Assembly: GCA_042408215.1 (NCBI GenBank)
Contig: JAYFMW010000014.1
Location: 49,555 to 113,554 of the forward strand
DNA length: 64,000 bases
Source of the DNA: Microcoleus sp.
Lineage (GTDB): Bacteria > Cyanobacteriota > Cyanobacteriia > Cyanobacteriales > Microcoleaceae
Direction of reading: 5' to 3'
The position numbers and the translations under genes were made by a program. The notes beneath the pieces are model-generated. The model saw only the letters and a list, made by a program, of their open reading frames with translations, was not told where the DNA came from and ran no database searches. Positions 53,085-64,000 of this stretch are shown piece by piece (the first letter of the stretch is position 1; each line of letters begins with the position of its first letter).

Positions 53085-54065
53085 GTGCCAAACCCCGACC
53101 GTAAACCCTTACTCTTAGATTTTGAAAAACCCCTGGCCGAACTCGAAACCCGAATTCACCAGATTCGCGAACTCGCCGAAGAAAACGGTGTAGATGTCTC
53201 TGACGAAATTCGCAAGCTGGAAGCTCGGTCAGCCCAACTGCGACAAGAAATTTTTGGCAGCCTCTCCCCCATGCAAAGGCTGCAACTGGCCCGTCACCCG
53301 CGCCGCCCCAGTACCCTCGATTACATTCAGGCAATTAGCGACGAGTGGATGGAGCTTCACGGCGATCGGCGCGGCGGTGACGACCCGGCCCTCGTCGGCG
53401 GAATTGCCCGCATAGACGGGCGTCCTACGGTGATCGTTGGCCATCAAAAAGGACGCGACACGAAAGACAATATTGCCCGCAACTTCGGTATGGCTGCTCC
53501 CGGCGGCTACCGCAAAGCCCTGCGGTTGATGGAACACGCCGATCGCTTCGGAATGCCAATTTTCACCTTTATCGACACTCCGGGGGCTTGGGCGGGCTTA
53601 GAAGCCGAACAGCTTGGACAGGGAGAAGCGATCGCCTGTAACCTCCGAGAAATGTTTCGCCTGGATGTTCCAATTATCTGCACCGTCATCGGCGAAGGCG
53701 GTTCCGGTGGCGCTTTGGGAATTGGTGTCGGCGAGCGACTATTGATGCTGGAGCATTCAGTCTACACCGTCGCCACCCCCGAAGCTTGCGCCGCCATCCT
53801 TTGGAAAGACGCTGGGAAAGCCAACTTGGCCGCAGAAGCTCTGAAAATTACTTCTTGGGATTTGAAAAACCTGGGCATTCTCGATCAGATAGTACCAGAG
53901 CCGATCGGCGGTGCTCACTCGAATCCTCTCCAGGCTGCGTCCATGCTCAAAAAAGCTCTGTTAGAAAATTTAGCAGAACTGAGTCAGCTTACCAGCCAGC
54001 AGCGCCGCCAAATGCGGTATCAAAAGTTTCGCGACATCGGTGTATTCACGGAAATTGCGGCTTGA
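53085..54065 (+). CDS. accA: Acetyl-CoA carboxylase carboxyltransferase alpha
   Basis: [33 protein letters not shown]. Confidence 0.97.
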   Translation: MPNPDRKPLLLDFEKPLAELETRIHQIRELAEENGVDVSDEIRKLEARSAQLRQEIFGSLSPMQRLQLARHPRRPSTLDYIQAISDEWMELHGDRRGGDDPALVGGIARIDGRPTVIVGHQKGRDTKDNIARNFGMAAPGGYRKALRLMEHADRFGMPIFTFIDTPGAWAGLEAEQLGQGEAIACNLREMFRLDVPIICTVIGEGGSGGALGIGVGERLLMLEHSVYTVATPEACAAILWKDAGKANLAAEALKITSWDLKNLGILDQIVPEPIGGAHSNPLQAASMLKKALLENLAELSQLTSQQRRQMRYQKFRDIGVFTEIAA

Positions 54066-54169
54066 GGCGATCGACTATGAGTTACCAGTGTTGAGTTAAG
54101 AAATTCTTAACCTAAAACTGATGTTTCCTAATATACAACTGATTATTCTGCGAATCTGTCAGCAGTGTT

Positions 54170-54469
54170 TTGACACTCCTGGGCCTAAAGGCGTGAGGAT
54201 TCTTAAGATATTTCGGTCTTAATATCCCTATTGCTAGGGTTCCTTTCGCTGACCACGTTTGCACGTAAGTGCGTAGTCATATCTCCTCTGTGAATGTTTT
54301 GGGCGTAGACTTTCCCCCAGTCCGGGGGTAGGTTTTTAAATCTTGTCTGATGTACTTATTCTACCCTATTCATTTGTTGAGAGCGATCTGTTACATTACT
54401 TAAAAATGGCAAAAGCCGTCCTTTTAGGACGGGGTTTCAACCCTCTACTACGCTCCGCCCAATTTTCTG
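54170..54469 (-). mobile_element. ORF-less IS605-type MITE
   Basis: Minus strand: GAAA-ccccgtcctaaaaggacgg left end and GAAT-cctcacgcctttaggcccagg-agtg-TCAA right end. Confidence 0.75.
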
Positions 54470-54702
54470 AGAATTTCTCAGGTGACACCCGCTTAACAGT
54501 TCTTAATGTTAAGCTCAGAAATAACTGTTCTCATGAGCTCTTTCATAAGCAGGACTTACGGACTCCGCCCAAAGCACTGAGCGAAGTCGAATGTGTTTAC
54601 CTAATCTGTGGGTTGGAACGAAATATTTTCGTAAAAAACCCGGTTTCTGGCCCCGTGCGTCCAGGACTAATAAACTGAGTTTCCCGCATACCGAGTTTTT
54701 TT

Positions 54703-55428
54703 ATGAACTATCCGACAACCAAGCAGGCTCTGATCACTGGAGCCAGCAGCGGGATTGGTAAAGCAACAGCTTTAGCGTTTGCAAAAGCCGGCATAAATCT
54801 GGCTTTAGTGAGTCGAGAGTCAGAAAACTTAGCAGCCGTTGTCGCAGCAGCTAGAGTCGTCGGAGTGAAAGCAGAGGCTTATCCCTTAGACTTGTCAAAA
54901 ATTGAGCAAGTGCAAAGCAGCATCAGCGCGATCGCAACTCAATTCGGGCCAATAGATATCCTAGTCAACAGCGCTGGGATGGGGTATACAGGCTCCTTGA
55001 CAGAAACGCCCTTAGCCGACTGGCAGCGAGTTTTAGACCTCAATGTTACTAGCGTCTGGCAGTGCATGCAAGGGATTTTACCGGGAATGCGCGATCGAAA
55101 ATCAGGAATCATCATCAACATTTCCTCGATCGCCGGCAGCCAAGTCTTCCCCAATTGGGGACTATACTGCGTCAGCAAATTCGGTCTCATGGCGTTGTCT
55201 AAGGCTGTAGCGACAGAAGAACGGGCTCACGGAATTCGCGTAACAGCAATCTGTCCAGGTTCTGTCAACACACCCATGTGGGACACAGAAACCGTCCAAG
55301 CCGACTTCGATCGCACAGCCATGTTAACTCCAGAAATCGTCGCCGAATCAATTCTGCACGCAGTTCAATTACCGGCTTGTGCAGTAATTGAAGAAATCAC
55401 CCTGATGTCCAACGCTGGAGTTTTGTGA
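54703..55428 (+). CDS. SDR-family oxidoreductase
   Basis: TGASSGIG, LVNSAG, YCVSK. Confidence 0.9.
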   Translation: MNYPTTKQALITGASSGIGKATALAFAKAGINLALVSRESENLAAVVAAARVVGVKAEAYPLDLSKIEQVQSSISAIATQFGPIDILVNSAGMGYTGSLTETPLADWQRVLDLNVTSVWQCMQGILPGMRDRKSGIIINISSIAGSQVFPNWGLYCVSKFGLMALSKAVATEERAHGIRVTAICPGSVNTPMWDTETVQADFDRTAMLTPEIVAESILHAVQLPACAVIEEITLMSNAGVL

Positions 55429-55553
55429 ACTGGAGATTTGAGAATGCTGGGTTTTTCTCGGAATTCGACAATCTTTGAATCTTTAGCTGTATCCTCCAAT
55501 CCAAAATCGAAAATCGCCCATCGAAAATCGATTCATCTTCACACCAATTTGTT

Positions 55554-56288
55554 ATGACAATTGCATCTTCCAACGGTTCCACAGGCTCGAAATCACTCTC
55601 GACTGACAGCATAAAACTTTCAGAAACCGCAGACAAAAACTTGCCCCGCATCACCACCAGACCCGATCGCAATTCTTCGAACGGTCAAGAATCCAACGTA
55701 CCCATACCCACAGAAGTAGGTCAGGACGAAATGATGGAAGCAGTGCGGACAATGCTGCTAGGGATCGGGGAAAACCCCGAACGCGAAGGATTGCTCAAAA
55801 CCCCGAAGCGGGTAGCAGAAGCAATGCGGTTTCTCACCAGTGGCTACAGTCAATCCCTCGAAGAACTGCTCAACGGCGCTATTTTTGACGAAGGTCACAA
55901 CGAGATGGTGTTAGTGCGAGACATCAGCGTATTCAGTATGTGCGAACACCATATGCTGCCGTTTATGGGCCAAGTTCACGTGGCTTACATCCCCAACCAA
56001 AAAGTAGTAGGACTGAGCAAACTAGCCCGAATTGTCGAGATGTACAGCCGTCGCTTGCAGGTACAGGAACGTTTGACCCGTCAAGTTGCTGAAGCGGTTC
56101 AGACAATATTAGAACCGAAAGGAGTGGCTGTAGTGATGGAAGCGAGTCATATGTGCATGACGATGCGCGGTGTGCAGAAACCAGGTGCTTGGACAGTGAC
56201 GAGTGCGATGTTGGGAGTGTTTCAAGAAGACCAGAAAACTCGCGAGGAATTCCTGAGTTTGATTCGCCACCAACCGACATTCTTTTAG
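55554..56288 (+). CDS. folE: GTP cyclohydrolase I
   Basis: [44 protein letters not shown]. Confidence 0.96.
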   Translation: MTIASSNGSTGSKSLSTDSIKLSETADKNLPRITTRPDRNSSNGQESNVPIPTEVGQDEMMEAVRTMLLGIGENPEREGLLKTPKRVAEAMRFLTSGYSQSLEELLNGAIFDEGHNEMVLVRDISVFSMCEHHMLPFMGQVHVAYIPNQKVVGLSKLARIVEMYSRRLQVQERLTRQVAEAVQTILEPKGVAVVMEASHMCMTMRGVQKPGAWTVTSAMLGVFQEDQKTREEFLSLIRHQPTFF

Positions 56289-56483
56289 TTATTAGTCATT
56301 AGTCATTAGTCATGGGGTCCAGAAACCGGGTTTTTTTACGAGATACTTCGTTACGCACCGTAAGTTAGGTAAAAAACCCGGTTTCTTTGTCCGAGTGCGT
56401 AAGTCTGGATCTAAAATCTCAAATCGGATGACGATCGCCCGTTCAGGCAATAAAATAGATTGATGACTCATGGCTGGTGACTA

Positions 56484-57908
56484 ATGAATCCTATTAAATT
56501 CGGTACAGATGGCTGGCGCGGCATTATTGCTGACGATTTTACATTCGATCGAGTAGCGTTAGTAGCGCCCCTAGCAGCACAAGTTCTCGCACAAACCGGT
56601 GGCAAAGATACCAGCAGTGGCACTTTAATTGTCGGTCACGACCGCCGATTTCTGGCTGAAGAATTTGCCAAAAAAGCGGCCCAGGCAGTCCAGAACGCAG
56701 GATTTGACGTGCTGCTGACCGATTCTTACGCTCCTACTCCGGCTTTCAGTTTAGCCGCCAAACAATTAAATGCTTTGGGTGCGATCGTCCTGACAGCCAG
56801 CCACAATCCCGGTGCATATTTAGGGTTAAAAGTCAAGGGCGGATTTGGAGGTTCAGTTTCGCCCGAAGTAACGCAACAGATAGAAGAAAAACTGGATCAT
56901 CCGGCGCTAATTGCAGCAACTCCCGGCAAATTAGAGAGTTTCAATCCTTGGCCAGCGTACTGCAAAACCTTGCGAGAAATGGTAGATATTGAGGCGATTA
57001 AAGAGGCGATCGCCTCTCACAAAATTACAGTATTTGTAGATGCAATGCACGGTGCCGCCGCCGGAGGATTAGCACAAATTTTAGAAGAAACAGTGAAAGA
57101 AGTCAATAGCGATCGAGATCCGCTATTTGGAGGAGGTGCTCCCGAACCTTTGCCGCGCTACCTTTCGCAGTTGTTTCGGGTGATGCGAACCCACCAGCGA
57201 AAAAGCTCAGGTTTGTCAATCGGATTTGTATTTGACGGAGACAGCGATCGAATTGCTGCTGTTGACTCTAGCGGCAACTTTCTGAGTTCACAAATCCTAG
57301 TGCCCATATTAATCGAACATTTAGCAAAACGGCGGGGGTTTACCGGGGAAGTGATAAAAACAGTCAGCGGTTCCGATATAATTCCCAAAATTGCCCAACT
57401 GTACAACTTACCATTATTTGAAACACCGATCGGTTACAAGTATATAGCCGATCGAATGTTAACAACCGAAGTCCTAGTCGGGGGCGAAGAATCAGGAGGA
57501 ATCGGGTACGGTACCCACATCCCAGAAAGAGATGCTTTGCTATCGGCGCTGTATTTATTAGAAGCAGTTGTCAAATCCGGGGAAGACTTAAGCGAAATTT
57601 ACAGCCGACTACAAACAGAGACAAGCTTTACTTCAGCATACGACAGAATCGACTTACACTTAGCAAATATGGAAGAACGTTCGCGCTTGCTGGATTCGTT
57701 GCAAAATCAACCTTTAACAGAAATCGCCGGCAAAGAAGTGGTAGACTGCAACAAAGTTGACGGACATAAATTCCGTTTAGCTGACGGAAGTTGGCTATTA
57801 ATTCGGTTTAGCGGAACAGAACCAGTGTTGCGGTTGTACTCAGAAGCTGCGACCTTAAAAGAAGTGATAAAAAACTTAAATTGGGCGAAAGCTTGGGCGA
57901 ATAATTAA
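56484..57908 (+). CDS. Phosphoglucomutase/phosphomannomutase
   Basis: FGTDGWRG, TASHNP, FDGDSDR, GEESGG, RFSGTEP. Confidence 0.93.
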   Translation: MNPIKFGTDGWRGIIADDFTFDRVALVAPLAAQVLAQTGGKDTSSGTLIVGHDRRFLAEEFAKKAAQAVQNAGFDVLLTDSYAPTPAFSLAAKQLNALGAIVLTASHNPGAYLGLKVKGGFGGSVSPEVTQQIEEKLDHPALIAATPGKLESFNPWPAYCKTLREMVDIEAIKEAIASHKITVFVDAMHGAAAGGLAQILEETVKEVNSDRDPLFGGGAPEPLPRYLSQLFRVMRTHQRKSSGLSIGFVFDGDSDRIAAVDSSGNFLSSQILVPILIEHLAKRRGFTGEVIKTVSGSDIIPKIAQLYNLPLFETPIGYKYIADRMLTTEVLVGGEESGGIGYGTHIPERDALLSALYLLEAVVKSGEDLSEIYSRLQTETSFTSAYDRIDLHLANMEERSRLLDSLQNQPLTEIAGKEVVDCNKVDGHKFRLADGSWLLIRFSGTEPVLRLYSEAATLKEVIKNLNWAKAWANN

Positions 57909-57928
57909 TCCGAGTTTTCAACCGCAGA

Positions 57929-58623
57929 GCAAAGCAGAGCAACGGGGATAAGAGGATCTCAAATCTCTCTTTCTCTGTGCCCTCTGCGGCCTCTGCGGTA
58001 AAAAAGATCTTATTCATCAGATGTAGGAAATGTTGCTAGCACCATTTCCCAAAAATGTTTGTGAATAGCAAAGCAGAGCAACGGGGATAAGAGGATCTCA
58101 AATCTCTCTTTCTCTGTGTCCTCTGCGGCCTCTGCGGTAAAAAAGATCTTATTCATCAGATGTAGGAAATGTTGCTAGCACCATTTCCCAAAAATGTTTG
58201 TTAATAGCAAAGCAGAGCAACGGGGATGAGCGGAGATCAAATCTCTCTTTCTCTGTGTCCTCTGCGGCCTCTGCGGTAAAAAAAATCTTATTCATCAGAT
58301 GTGGGAAATTTGGCTACCACAATTTCCCAAAAAAGTTTGTTAATAGCAAAGCAGAGCAACGGGGATGAGCGGAGATCAAATCTCTCTTTCTCTGTGTCCT
58401 CTGCGGCCTCTGCGGTAAAAAAAATCTTATTCATCAGATGTGGGAAATTTGGCTACCACAATTTCCCAAAAAAGTTTGTGAATAGCAACGCAGAGCAACG
58501 GGGATAAGAGGATCTCAAATCTCTCTTTCTCTGTGCCCTCTGCGGCCTCTGCGGTAAAAAAAATCTTATTCATCAGATGTGGGAAATTTGGCTACCACAA
58601 TTTCCCGAAAATGTTTGTTAATA
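57929..58623. repeat. 5 x 139-bp tandem array
   Basis: Unit starts at 57929, 58068, 58207, 58346 and 58485; each contains the ctctgcggcctctgcggt arm of an accgcagag/ctctgcggt element. Confidence 0.92.
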
Positions 58624-58649
58624 TCAATCCGTAAGTTTTAAGGGAAATA

Positions 58650-59240
58650 ATGACTAATCATAAATTGCTAGTTGTCGCTACCAGCAATCCGGGTAAACTC
58701 AAAGAAATGCAAGTTTATCTTCAGGATTTGGGATGGGAGTTGCAACTTAAACCAGAAGAATTGGAAATAGAAGAAACAGGCGAGACTTTTATCGCTAATG
58801 CTTGTTTGAAAGCTTCGGAAATCGCCAAAGCTACCGGTGAATGGTCGATCGCAGATGATTCCGGTTTAATGGTAGATGCACTCGATGGTCAACCTGGGAT
58901 TTACTCAGCGCGCTACGGGAAAACCGATGCTGACAGGATTTATCGACTCCTTACAGAATTGGGAAACGAACAAAACCGACAAGCGCAATTTGTTTGTGCG
59001 ATCGCGATCGCCCGTCCCGACGGTACAATTGCCCTGCAAGTAGAAGGAATTTGCCGCGGCGAAATCCTGCACACTCCTCGCGGTACAGCAGGTTTCGGGT
59101 ATGACCCGATTTTCTATGTGCCCGCACAGCAACAGACTTTTGCAGAAATGACACCCGAAATTAAGCGATCGCACTCCCATCGCGGCCGAGCATTCCAAGC
59201 TCTAATACCACAAATAGGTACTATTGTCAACCCCAACTGA
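58650..59240 (+). CDS. rdgB: Non-canonical purine NTP pyrophosphatase (RdgB/HAM1)
   Basis: ATSNPGK, ADDSGL, PGIYSARY, GFGYDPIF, SHRGRA. Confidence 0.95.
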   Translation: MTNHKLLVVATSNPGKLKEMQVYLQDLGWELQLKPEELEIEETGETFIANACLKASEIAKATGEWSIADDSGLMVDALDGQPGIYSARYGKTDADRIYRLLTELGNEQNRQAQFVCAIAIARPDGTIALQVEGICRGEILHTPRGTAGFGYDPIFYVPAQQQTFAEMTPEIKRSHSHRGRAFQALIPQIGTIVNPN

Positions 59241-59378
59241 GGCAAAAAGCCAAAATAGGGGCATTGGATGGCAAACAGGAAATAGGTTTTCTGAATTGGC
59301 CATTGGCAATTTACCAATTACCAATTACCAATGACCAATGACCAATTACCTAGGACCAATGCCCCAGGCCCCAGTATC

Positions 59379-59735
<357 letters not shown>

Positions 59736-59803
59736 TTACTTCCTTGTTTATGACTTAATTGGTGTGACACAAGATTGATATCACCACCAATAGCAAGTAT
59801 TTT

Positions 59804-59817
59804 GTAAAATATATTAC
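59804..59817 (-). promoter_or_regulatory. Candidate NtcA site upstream of glnB
   Basis: GTA-N8-TAC (GTAAAATATATTAC) ~87 bp upstream of the start; glnB is a known NtcA target. Confidence 0.6.
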
Positions 59818-60066
59818 CGTATGTTGCGATCGGGATTAAAGATGCGCCAACCTTTAACCACATTCTCAGACTGTCGGACTGCTCCGTGGCAAAGGAGCCT
59901 CTTGGGGTAAAGTTAAGAGTCTGGCAGTCAGCAGCCCGATCGCGCGTCTGCTAAAACAAAAAAATGAGGGTATAGAAGACAAGAGTTTTCGGCTCCTCAA
60001 ATTTTCCCTGTGAAATTGGCACATATTCTTGAAAACTATCATTAGGCGGTCAGTTAAACTATTTCT

Positions 60067-61365
60067 ATGCACCCAGCCAGCCCTCCCCCTGACCGCAGCG
60101 GGCTTGATGCCCTACTGAGAAACCGCCCCTTCCTCGCCTTGTGGACGGGGCAGTTGTTAGCCCAAGTGGCGGATAAGGTTTTTTATGTGTTACTGATTAT
60201 CCTGCTGAAAACTGGCGATTACAGACCTTGGCCAGTTTCTTGGCAGCATTCTGAAAATTCCATGCTGTCAGCCGTCATGATAGCATTCACGCTGCCGGCG
60301 ATTTTGTTTGGTTCGGCGGCCGGCATCTTCGTAGACCGGTTTTCCAAAAAGCAAATGCTGATCGGCTGCAACGTAATTCGAGCCTTACTGATCGTAGCGC
60401 TGCCGTTTTTATCCAAATCCTTTATCGTCTTGTTGACGATTACGTTTTTGGTCTCTACTGTAACCCAATTTTTTGCTCCCGCAGAACAGGCGGCAATCCC
60501 GCTGGTGGTGGGACGAGAGGGACTGATGCCGGCAAATGCTCTGTTTGCTTCGAGCATAATGGGTGGCATTATTGTCGGTATGACAATCGGCGAACCGATG
60601 TTGAGTGCGATCGGAGACAGATTGGGATCGGGATCTCAAGAGTTCTTGCTGGGCGGACTTTATCTGGTATCCGCCGGTTTGATTTATGCCATGCGGGTTA
60701 AAGAAACTCATGCCGGCGGTAGTGCCGGAAAAATCCATCCTTGGGAAGACATGAAAGAAGGTTTGCGGTATCTCAAGTACAATAAGCTCGTCAGCAATGC
60801 GATGGTGCAGCTAACAATTTTGTATTCCGTGTTTGCCGCGCTTCAGGTGCTGGCGATCGGTCTTTCAGGCAAAATTGGTCTCAAAGAAACTCAATTTGGC
60901 TTTTTGTTGGCTGCTGCTGGAGTCGGAATGGTATTCGGCGCCGCTTTTTTGGGACACTGGGGCGATCGGGTGTACCACAAACCTTTGCCATTAATTGGTT
61001 TCTTGATGATGGGTTTTGTGTTAGCAATGTTTGCTTTTACCAGACAACTATGGCTGGGATTTAGTTTGAGCGCTCTGTTCGGTTTTGGTGCTTCCCTGAT
61101 CAACGGGCCGATGCAAGCCCTCATTCAAGAAAAAACCCCAGAATCTATGCGCGGCAAAGTCTTTGGATTGGAGAACAATGCGATTAACATAGCCCTCAGT
61201 CTGCCTTTAGCAATTACCGGGCCACTGACAGATGCCGTTAGCAAAGCTGTGGGCTCCGATGACCTAGGTTTGAGAGTTGTACTGATGAGTTTGGGCTTTT
61301 TGACCTCAGTGATGGGGATTGCAGCTTGGCACCATACTCGCAAAGTTCTGCAAGATGTGGTTTAG
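60067..61365 (+). CDS. MFS transporter
   Basis: LWTGQLLAQ, AGIFVDRFSKK, QFFAPAEQAAIP, TPESMRGKVFG. Confidence 0.88.
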   Translation: MHPASPPPDRSGLDALLRNRPFLALWTGQLLAQVADKVFYVLLIILLKTGDYRPWPVSWQHSENSMLSAVMIAFTLPAILFGSAAGIFVDRFSKKQMLIGCNVIRALLIVALPFLSKSFIVLLTITFLVSTVTQFFAPAEQAAIPLVVGREGLMPANALFASSIMGGIIVGMTIGEPMLSAIGDRLGSGSQEFLLGGLYLVSAGLIYAMRVKETHAGGSAGKIHPWEDMKEGLRYLKYNKLVSNAMVQLTILYSVFAALQVLAIGLSGKIGLKETQFGFLLAAAGVGMVFGAAFLGHWGDRVYHKPLPLIGFLMMGFVLAMFAFTRQLWLGFSLSALFGFGASLINGPMQALIQEKTPESMRGKVFGLENNAINIALSLPLAITGPLTDAVSKAVGSDDLGLRVVLMSLGFLTSVMGIAAWHHTRKVLQDVV

Positions 61366-61684
61366 TCCTATCTAGTCCGGTAAATCACTTACTATAAACG
61401 CTGACCTGTCATGCTGAGTTTCACTCAGCATCCGGCGAGATGCTTCGCAACACTTGCGAATGACAACTACTCCCGCTCTCTCATTCCCCTCGATCGAGAA
61501 TTGATTGTGAACTACCTACAAGCCCGCTGATGCTATGGTGCTGGCTTCCCAATTCATCTAAAAGCTCACGGGAGAAAGGAAACCGCGACGTTTTAACTCG
61601 CGGATGAAGTTAGACTCGGCGGTTTTCACCGCCGTGAATATTAGCTTCAAATCCAGTGAGTTCTGGATTGTCTATTTGTTGTAG

Positions 61685-61868
61685 TTGACATACTCCCCGA
61701 CCTAAAGGTGCGGGGATTCCTTGACGCTTCATAGCAACGCGCTCCGCAAGCGGTAGTCTTACCGTCGCTCCACGTCCGTTTAGAGTCTCCCAATGCCCGC
61801 TCGGCGACTATCTGTATTCTAGCAAAAAGCCGTCAAGCTTATGACGGGGCTTGTATCCCAGTTTTTTG
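61685..61868 (-). mobile_element. ORF-less IS605-type MITE, target TGAC
   Basis: Minus strand: TGAC|caaaaaactgggata-CAAG-ccccgtc ... GAAT-ccccgcacctttaggtcgggg-agtatg-TCAA. Confidence 0.8.
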
Positions 61869-61931
61869 GTCAAACCGCACTAATTCTTGAGCAATACTTG
61901 TAATGGGAGCTAGTTTGATTAACTTATTTAC

Positions 61932-63292
61932 CAACAAATTTGGGTCTAAAGCCCCGTCCTTCTAGGACGGCTGTAATTTCCACAAACTGTAAAAAATTAT
62001 TAAATATACAGACTTTATGGGCCCAGGTTTTCCGAAGTGTGGTAAGATGTTTGCATGATAGTATTAGAGTTTAAGTTAAAAGGCAAAGCGGAGCAATATC
62101 GGAGCATCGACGAGATGATCGGAACAGCTCAATTTGTCCGAAACAAAACTCTTAAATATTGGACAGAAAATCAGGGAGTTAAGCTAGTCGATCTGTACAA
62201 ACAATGCGCCATTATGGCAAAAGAGTTTGAATGGGCAGGTAAGCGTAACTCAACGGCACGTCAAGCCTCGGCGGAACGTGCCATTTTTGCTATCCAGCGT
62301 TTTTTTGCTAATTGCCAAGCCAAAAAACCAGGGAAAAAAGGATACCCACAGTTCAAGAAACATACTCGTTCCGTAGAGTACAAACAGTCAGGTTGGGCAC
62401 TTTCTACCGACAAAAGATGCTTGACGTTTAAAGACGGCTTCGCTGCTGGAAAGTTCAAGTTAATCGGTAGTCGGGATTTGCATTTCTTGGCACCTGACGA
62501 GATTAAACGAATCAGAGTTGTGCGTCGTGCCGACGGCTATTACGCTCAGTTTTGCATCAACGTGGAACGGAAAGAGGAACCTGTCTTTACTGGCAAAGTC
62601 ATTGGAATAGACGTGGGATTGAATCACTTCTATACCGACAGCGATGGTGAAACAGTCGCCAACCCTCGCTACCTCCGAAAAAGTGAAAAAGCTTTAAAGC
62701 GAGTACAGAAACGAGTTTCTCGGAAAAAGAAAGGTTCCAAGAACCGGAAAAAAGCGATTAATAAGTTAGGAAGAAAACACTTGAAGGTCAGTCGGCAGCG
62801 CAAAGACTTCGCCATAAAGACGGCGTTGTGCGCGGTGAAATCTAGCGATTTCGTAGCTTACGAAGAGCTTCAGGTAAAAAACATGGTTAAAAACCACAAG
62901 CTTGCCAAATCAATTAGCGATGCAGCGTGGTCACAGTTTGCTCAGTGGTTGGAATACTTGGGAAAAGTGTACGGTAAAACAATAGTTGCTGCTGCTCCTC
63001 AATACACTTCCCAGGATTGTTCAAATTGTGGCAATACTGTCAAAAAAACGCTGTCAACCAGGACTCATGTTTGTGGTTGCGGTACGATATTAGATCGAGA
63101 TCACAATGCTGCTCGCAACATTTTGGTTAAAGGGTTGAAGCAAGCAGGAATTAATTTAAGTTTAAATACGGTGGGGCACACCGAAATTAACGCTTGGGGA
63201 CAGACCGATCTCTACTCTTTGGTGGTAACATCAACGAGCAAATCGACTGATCGATCCAAGAATCCTCGTGCCTGATAGCCGGGGAGTGTCAA
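61932..63292 (+). mobile_element. IS605/IS1341-type tnpB element, target TTAC, inside the iscB pseudogene
   Basis: TTAC|caacaaatttgggtct-AAAG-ccccgtcc; right end GAAT...gagtgTCAA|ccacgtt. Confidence 0.85.
62055..63275 (+). CDS. tnpB: RNA-guided endonuclease TnpB
   Basis: GIDVGL, AYEEL, TSQDCSNC...CGC, DRDHNAARN. Confidence 0.95.
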   Translation: MIVLEFKLKGKAEQYRSIDEMIGTAQFVRNKTLKYWTENQGVKLVDLYKQCAIMAKEFEWAGKRNSTARQASAERAIFAIQRFFANCQAKKPGKKGYPQFKKHTRSVEYKQSGWALSTDKRCLTFKDGFAAGKFKLIGSRDLHFLAPDEIKRIRVVRRADGYYAQFCINVERKEEPVFTGKVIGIDVGLNHFYTDSDGETVANPRYLRKSEKALKRVQKRVSRKKKGSKNRKKAINKLGRKHLKVSRQRKDFAIKTALCAVKSSDFVAYEELQVKNMVKNHKLAKSISDAAWSQFAQWLEYLGKVYGKTIVAAAPQYTSQDCSNCGNTVKKTLSTRTHVCGCGTILDRDHNAARNILVKGLKQAGINLSLNTVGHTEINAWGQTDLYSLVVTSTSKSTDRSKNPRA

Positions 63293-63719
63293 CCACGTTA
63301 ATATTGTCTCAACTCGATGTTGAAGACTAGGAGCTAACCATCTTTTTCTACGAGTCAGATTCAGAAATCGAGCGGGGTTGCAGGCACACAGCCACGAGTT
63401 GGTCTTGCCCTAGGAATACGGCATAAAGAAGGACGAGATTCTAGACTTGCTTTAATTGCTTGTCCACGATGGGACTCTGCTGCCCAGATTACTTTTTTAC
63501 TCTCTAGCAAGGCAATTCCGGTTGTTTAGAACCCGGATCGATTTTGATTTCTAGGGGCGTGGTTTGAGTTTCTGGCCGTGATTCCTTCAAGATTATAGTG
63601 AATGGCAATCTACAATAAATAGCCGCTTTACCTTGATTCAATAGCCATCTCGCATGGGCTGGATGTACTGGATTTTGAGGGCGTTTATCGGTGTCGATCA
63701 CAAAGACAGAGTTAGCCAT
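63293..63719 (-). pseudogene. iscB: iscB 5' part, frameshifted
   Basis: VFVIDTDKRPQNPVHPAHARWLL...IKIDPGSK, then HRGQAIK and WLAPSLQHRV in shifted frames. Confidence 0.85.
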
Positions 63720-63724
63720 GCTAT

Positions 63725-63958
63725 TGAAAACTCCAATTACTTGGGTGATGTGAGCTTTGCCAAGGTTTTAAGAGCTTGTTAACAGCACTGTCTTACCTAA
63801 GAGTAAAACTGTTTAACTGTTAACGATCGCAGCTCCAAAGTAGCGTCGCATTTGTAGGTATCTTGATTCCAAAAACGTAGTCAATTAAGACTGAGGCTGG
63901 TCAGCTATCTAAAAAGTTGCGGCTCTCGGCCCCGTCTATGAAAGAGCGGGGTGCTGAC
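63725..63958 (-). ncRNA. omegaRNA (HEARO-like), degenerate
   Basis: gtcagcacccc...gctgaccagcctcag...ctacgtt...aatgcgacgcta...taaacag...cagtg directly upstream of iscB. Confidence 0.7.
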
Positions 63959-64000
63959 GGTAGCTAACTTGAATCAAGTCTGTGTTAGGGTTTAATATAA

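Larger units (their letters stand above)
61558..63958 (-). mobile_element. Decayed IscB element (omegaRNA plus iscB pseudogene) with two nested insertions; target TCAT/ATGA
   Basis: Plus strand: TCAT|ctaaaagctcacgggagaag-GAAA-ccgcgacg; the other end is ...ggggtgcTGAC at 63958. iscB pieces rejoin as LTW|VNKLIKLAPITSIAQELVRFD|LQQIDNPELTGFE. Confidence 0.8.

Overview
A 64-kb chromosomal segment of a cyanobacterium. HIP1 GCGATCGC sites are dense and the ado-aar and accA-SDR-folE blocks are present. The REP/STRR repeat style suggests Oscillatoriales such as Microcoleus/Tychonema (inference). The backbone is housekeeping: pntAA/AB/B, glgP, glk, debranching enzyme, treZ-treY, dnaK, ado-aar, accA, folE, PGM/PMM, rdgB, glnB and transporters. 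Two things stand out. (1) A ~3.3-kb insert between aar and accA encodes a carrier-protein domain fused to an Ebony-like AANAT/GNAT-fold domain, next to panD (beta-alanine supply), a Bcr/CflA exporter and a decayed gene resembling heme-dependent tyrosine hydroxylases. It looks like a partly eroded bacterial counterpart of the insect black/ebony beta-alanyl-amine pathway; the adenylation domain is missing here. (2) IS200/IS605-superfamily OMEGA elements are abundant: one intact IscB, three intact TnpB, a decayed IscB with nested insertions and several ORF-less omegaRNA elements. Three IscB-type element ends abut ATGA start codons, and one element sits between a clear RBS and its ATG. There are also four tandem arrays built from REP-like elements (not CRISPR), several MITE families and a frameshifted Type ISP-like R-M gene. 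Family assignments come from motif recognition by eye; no searches were run.
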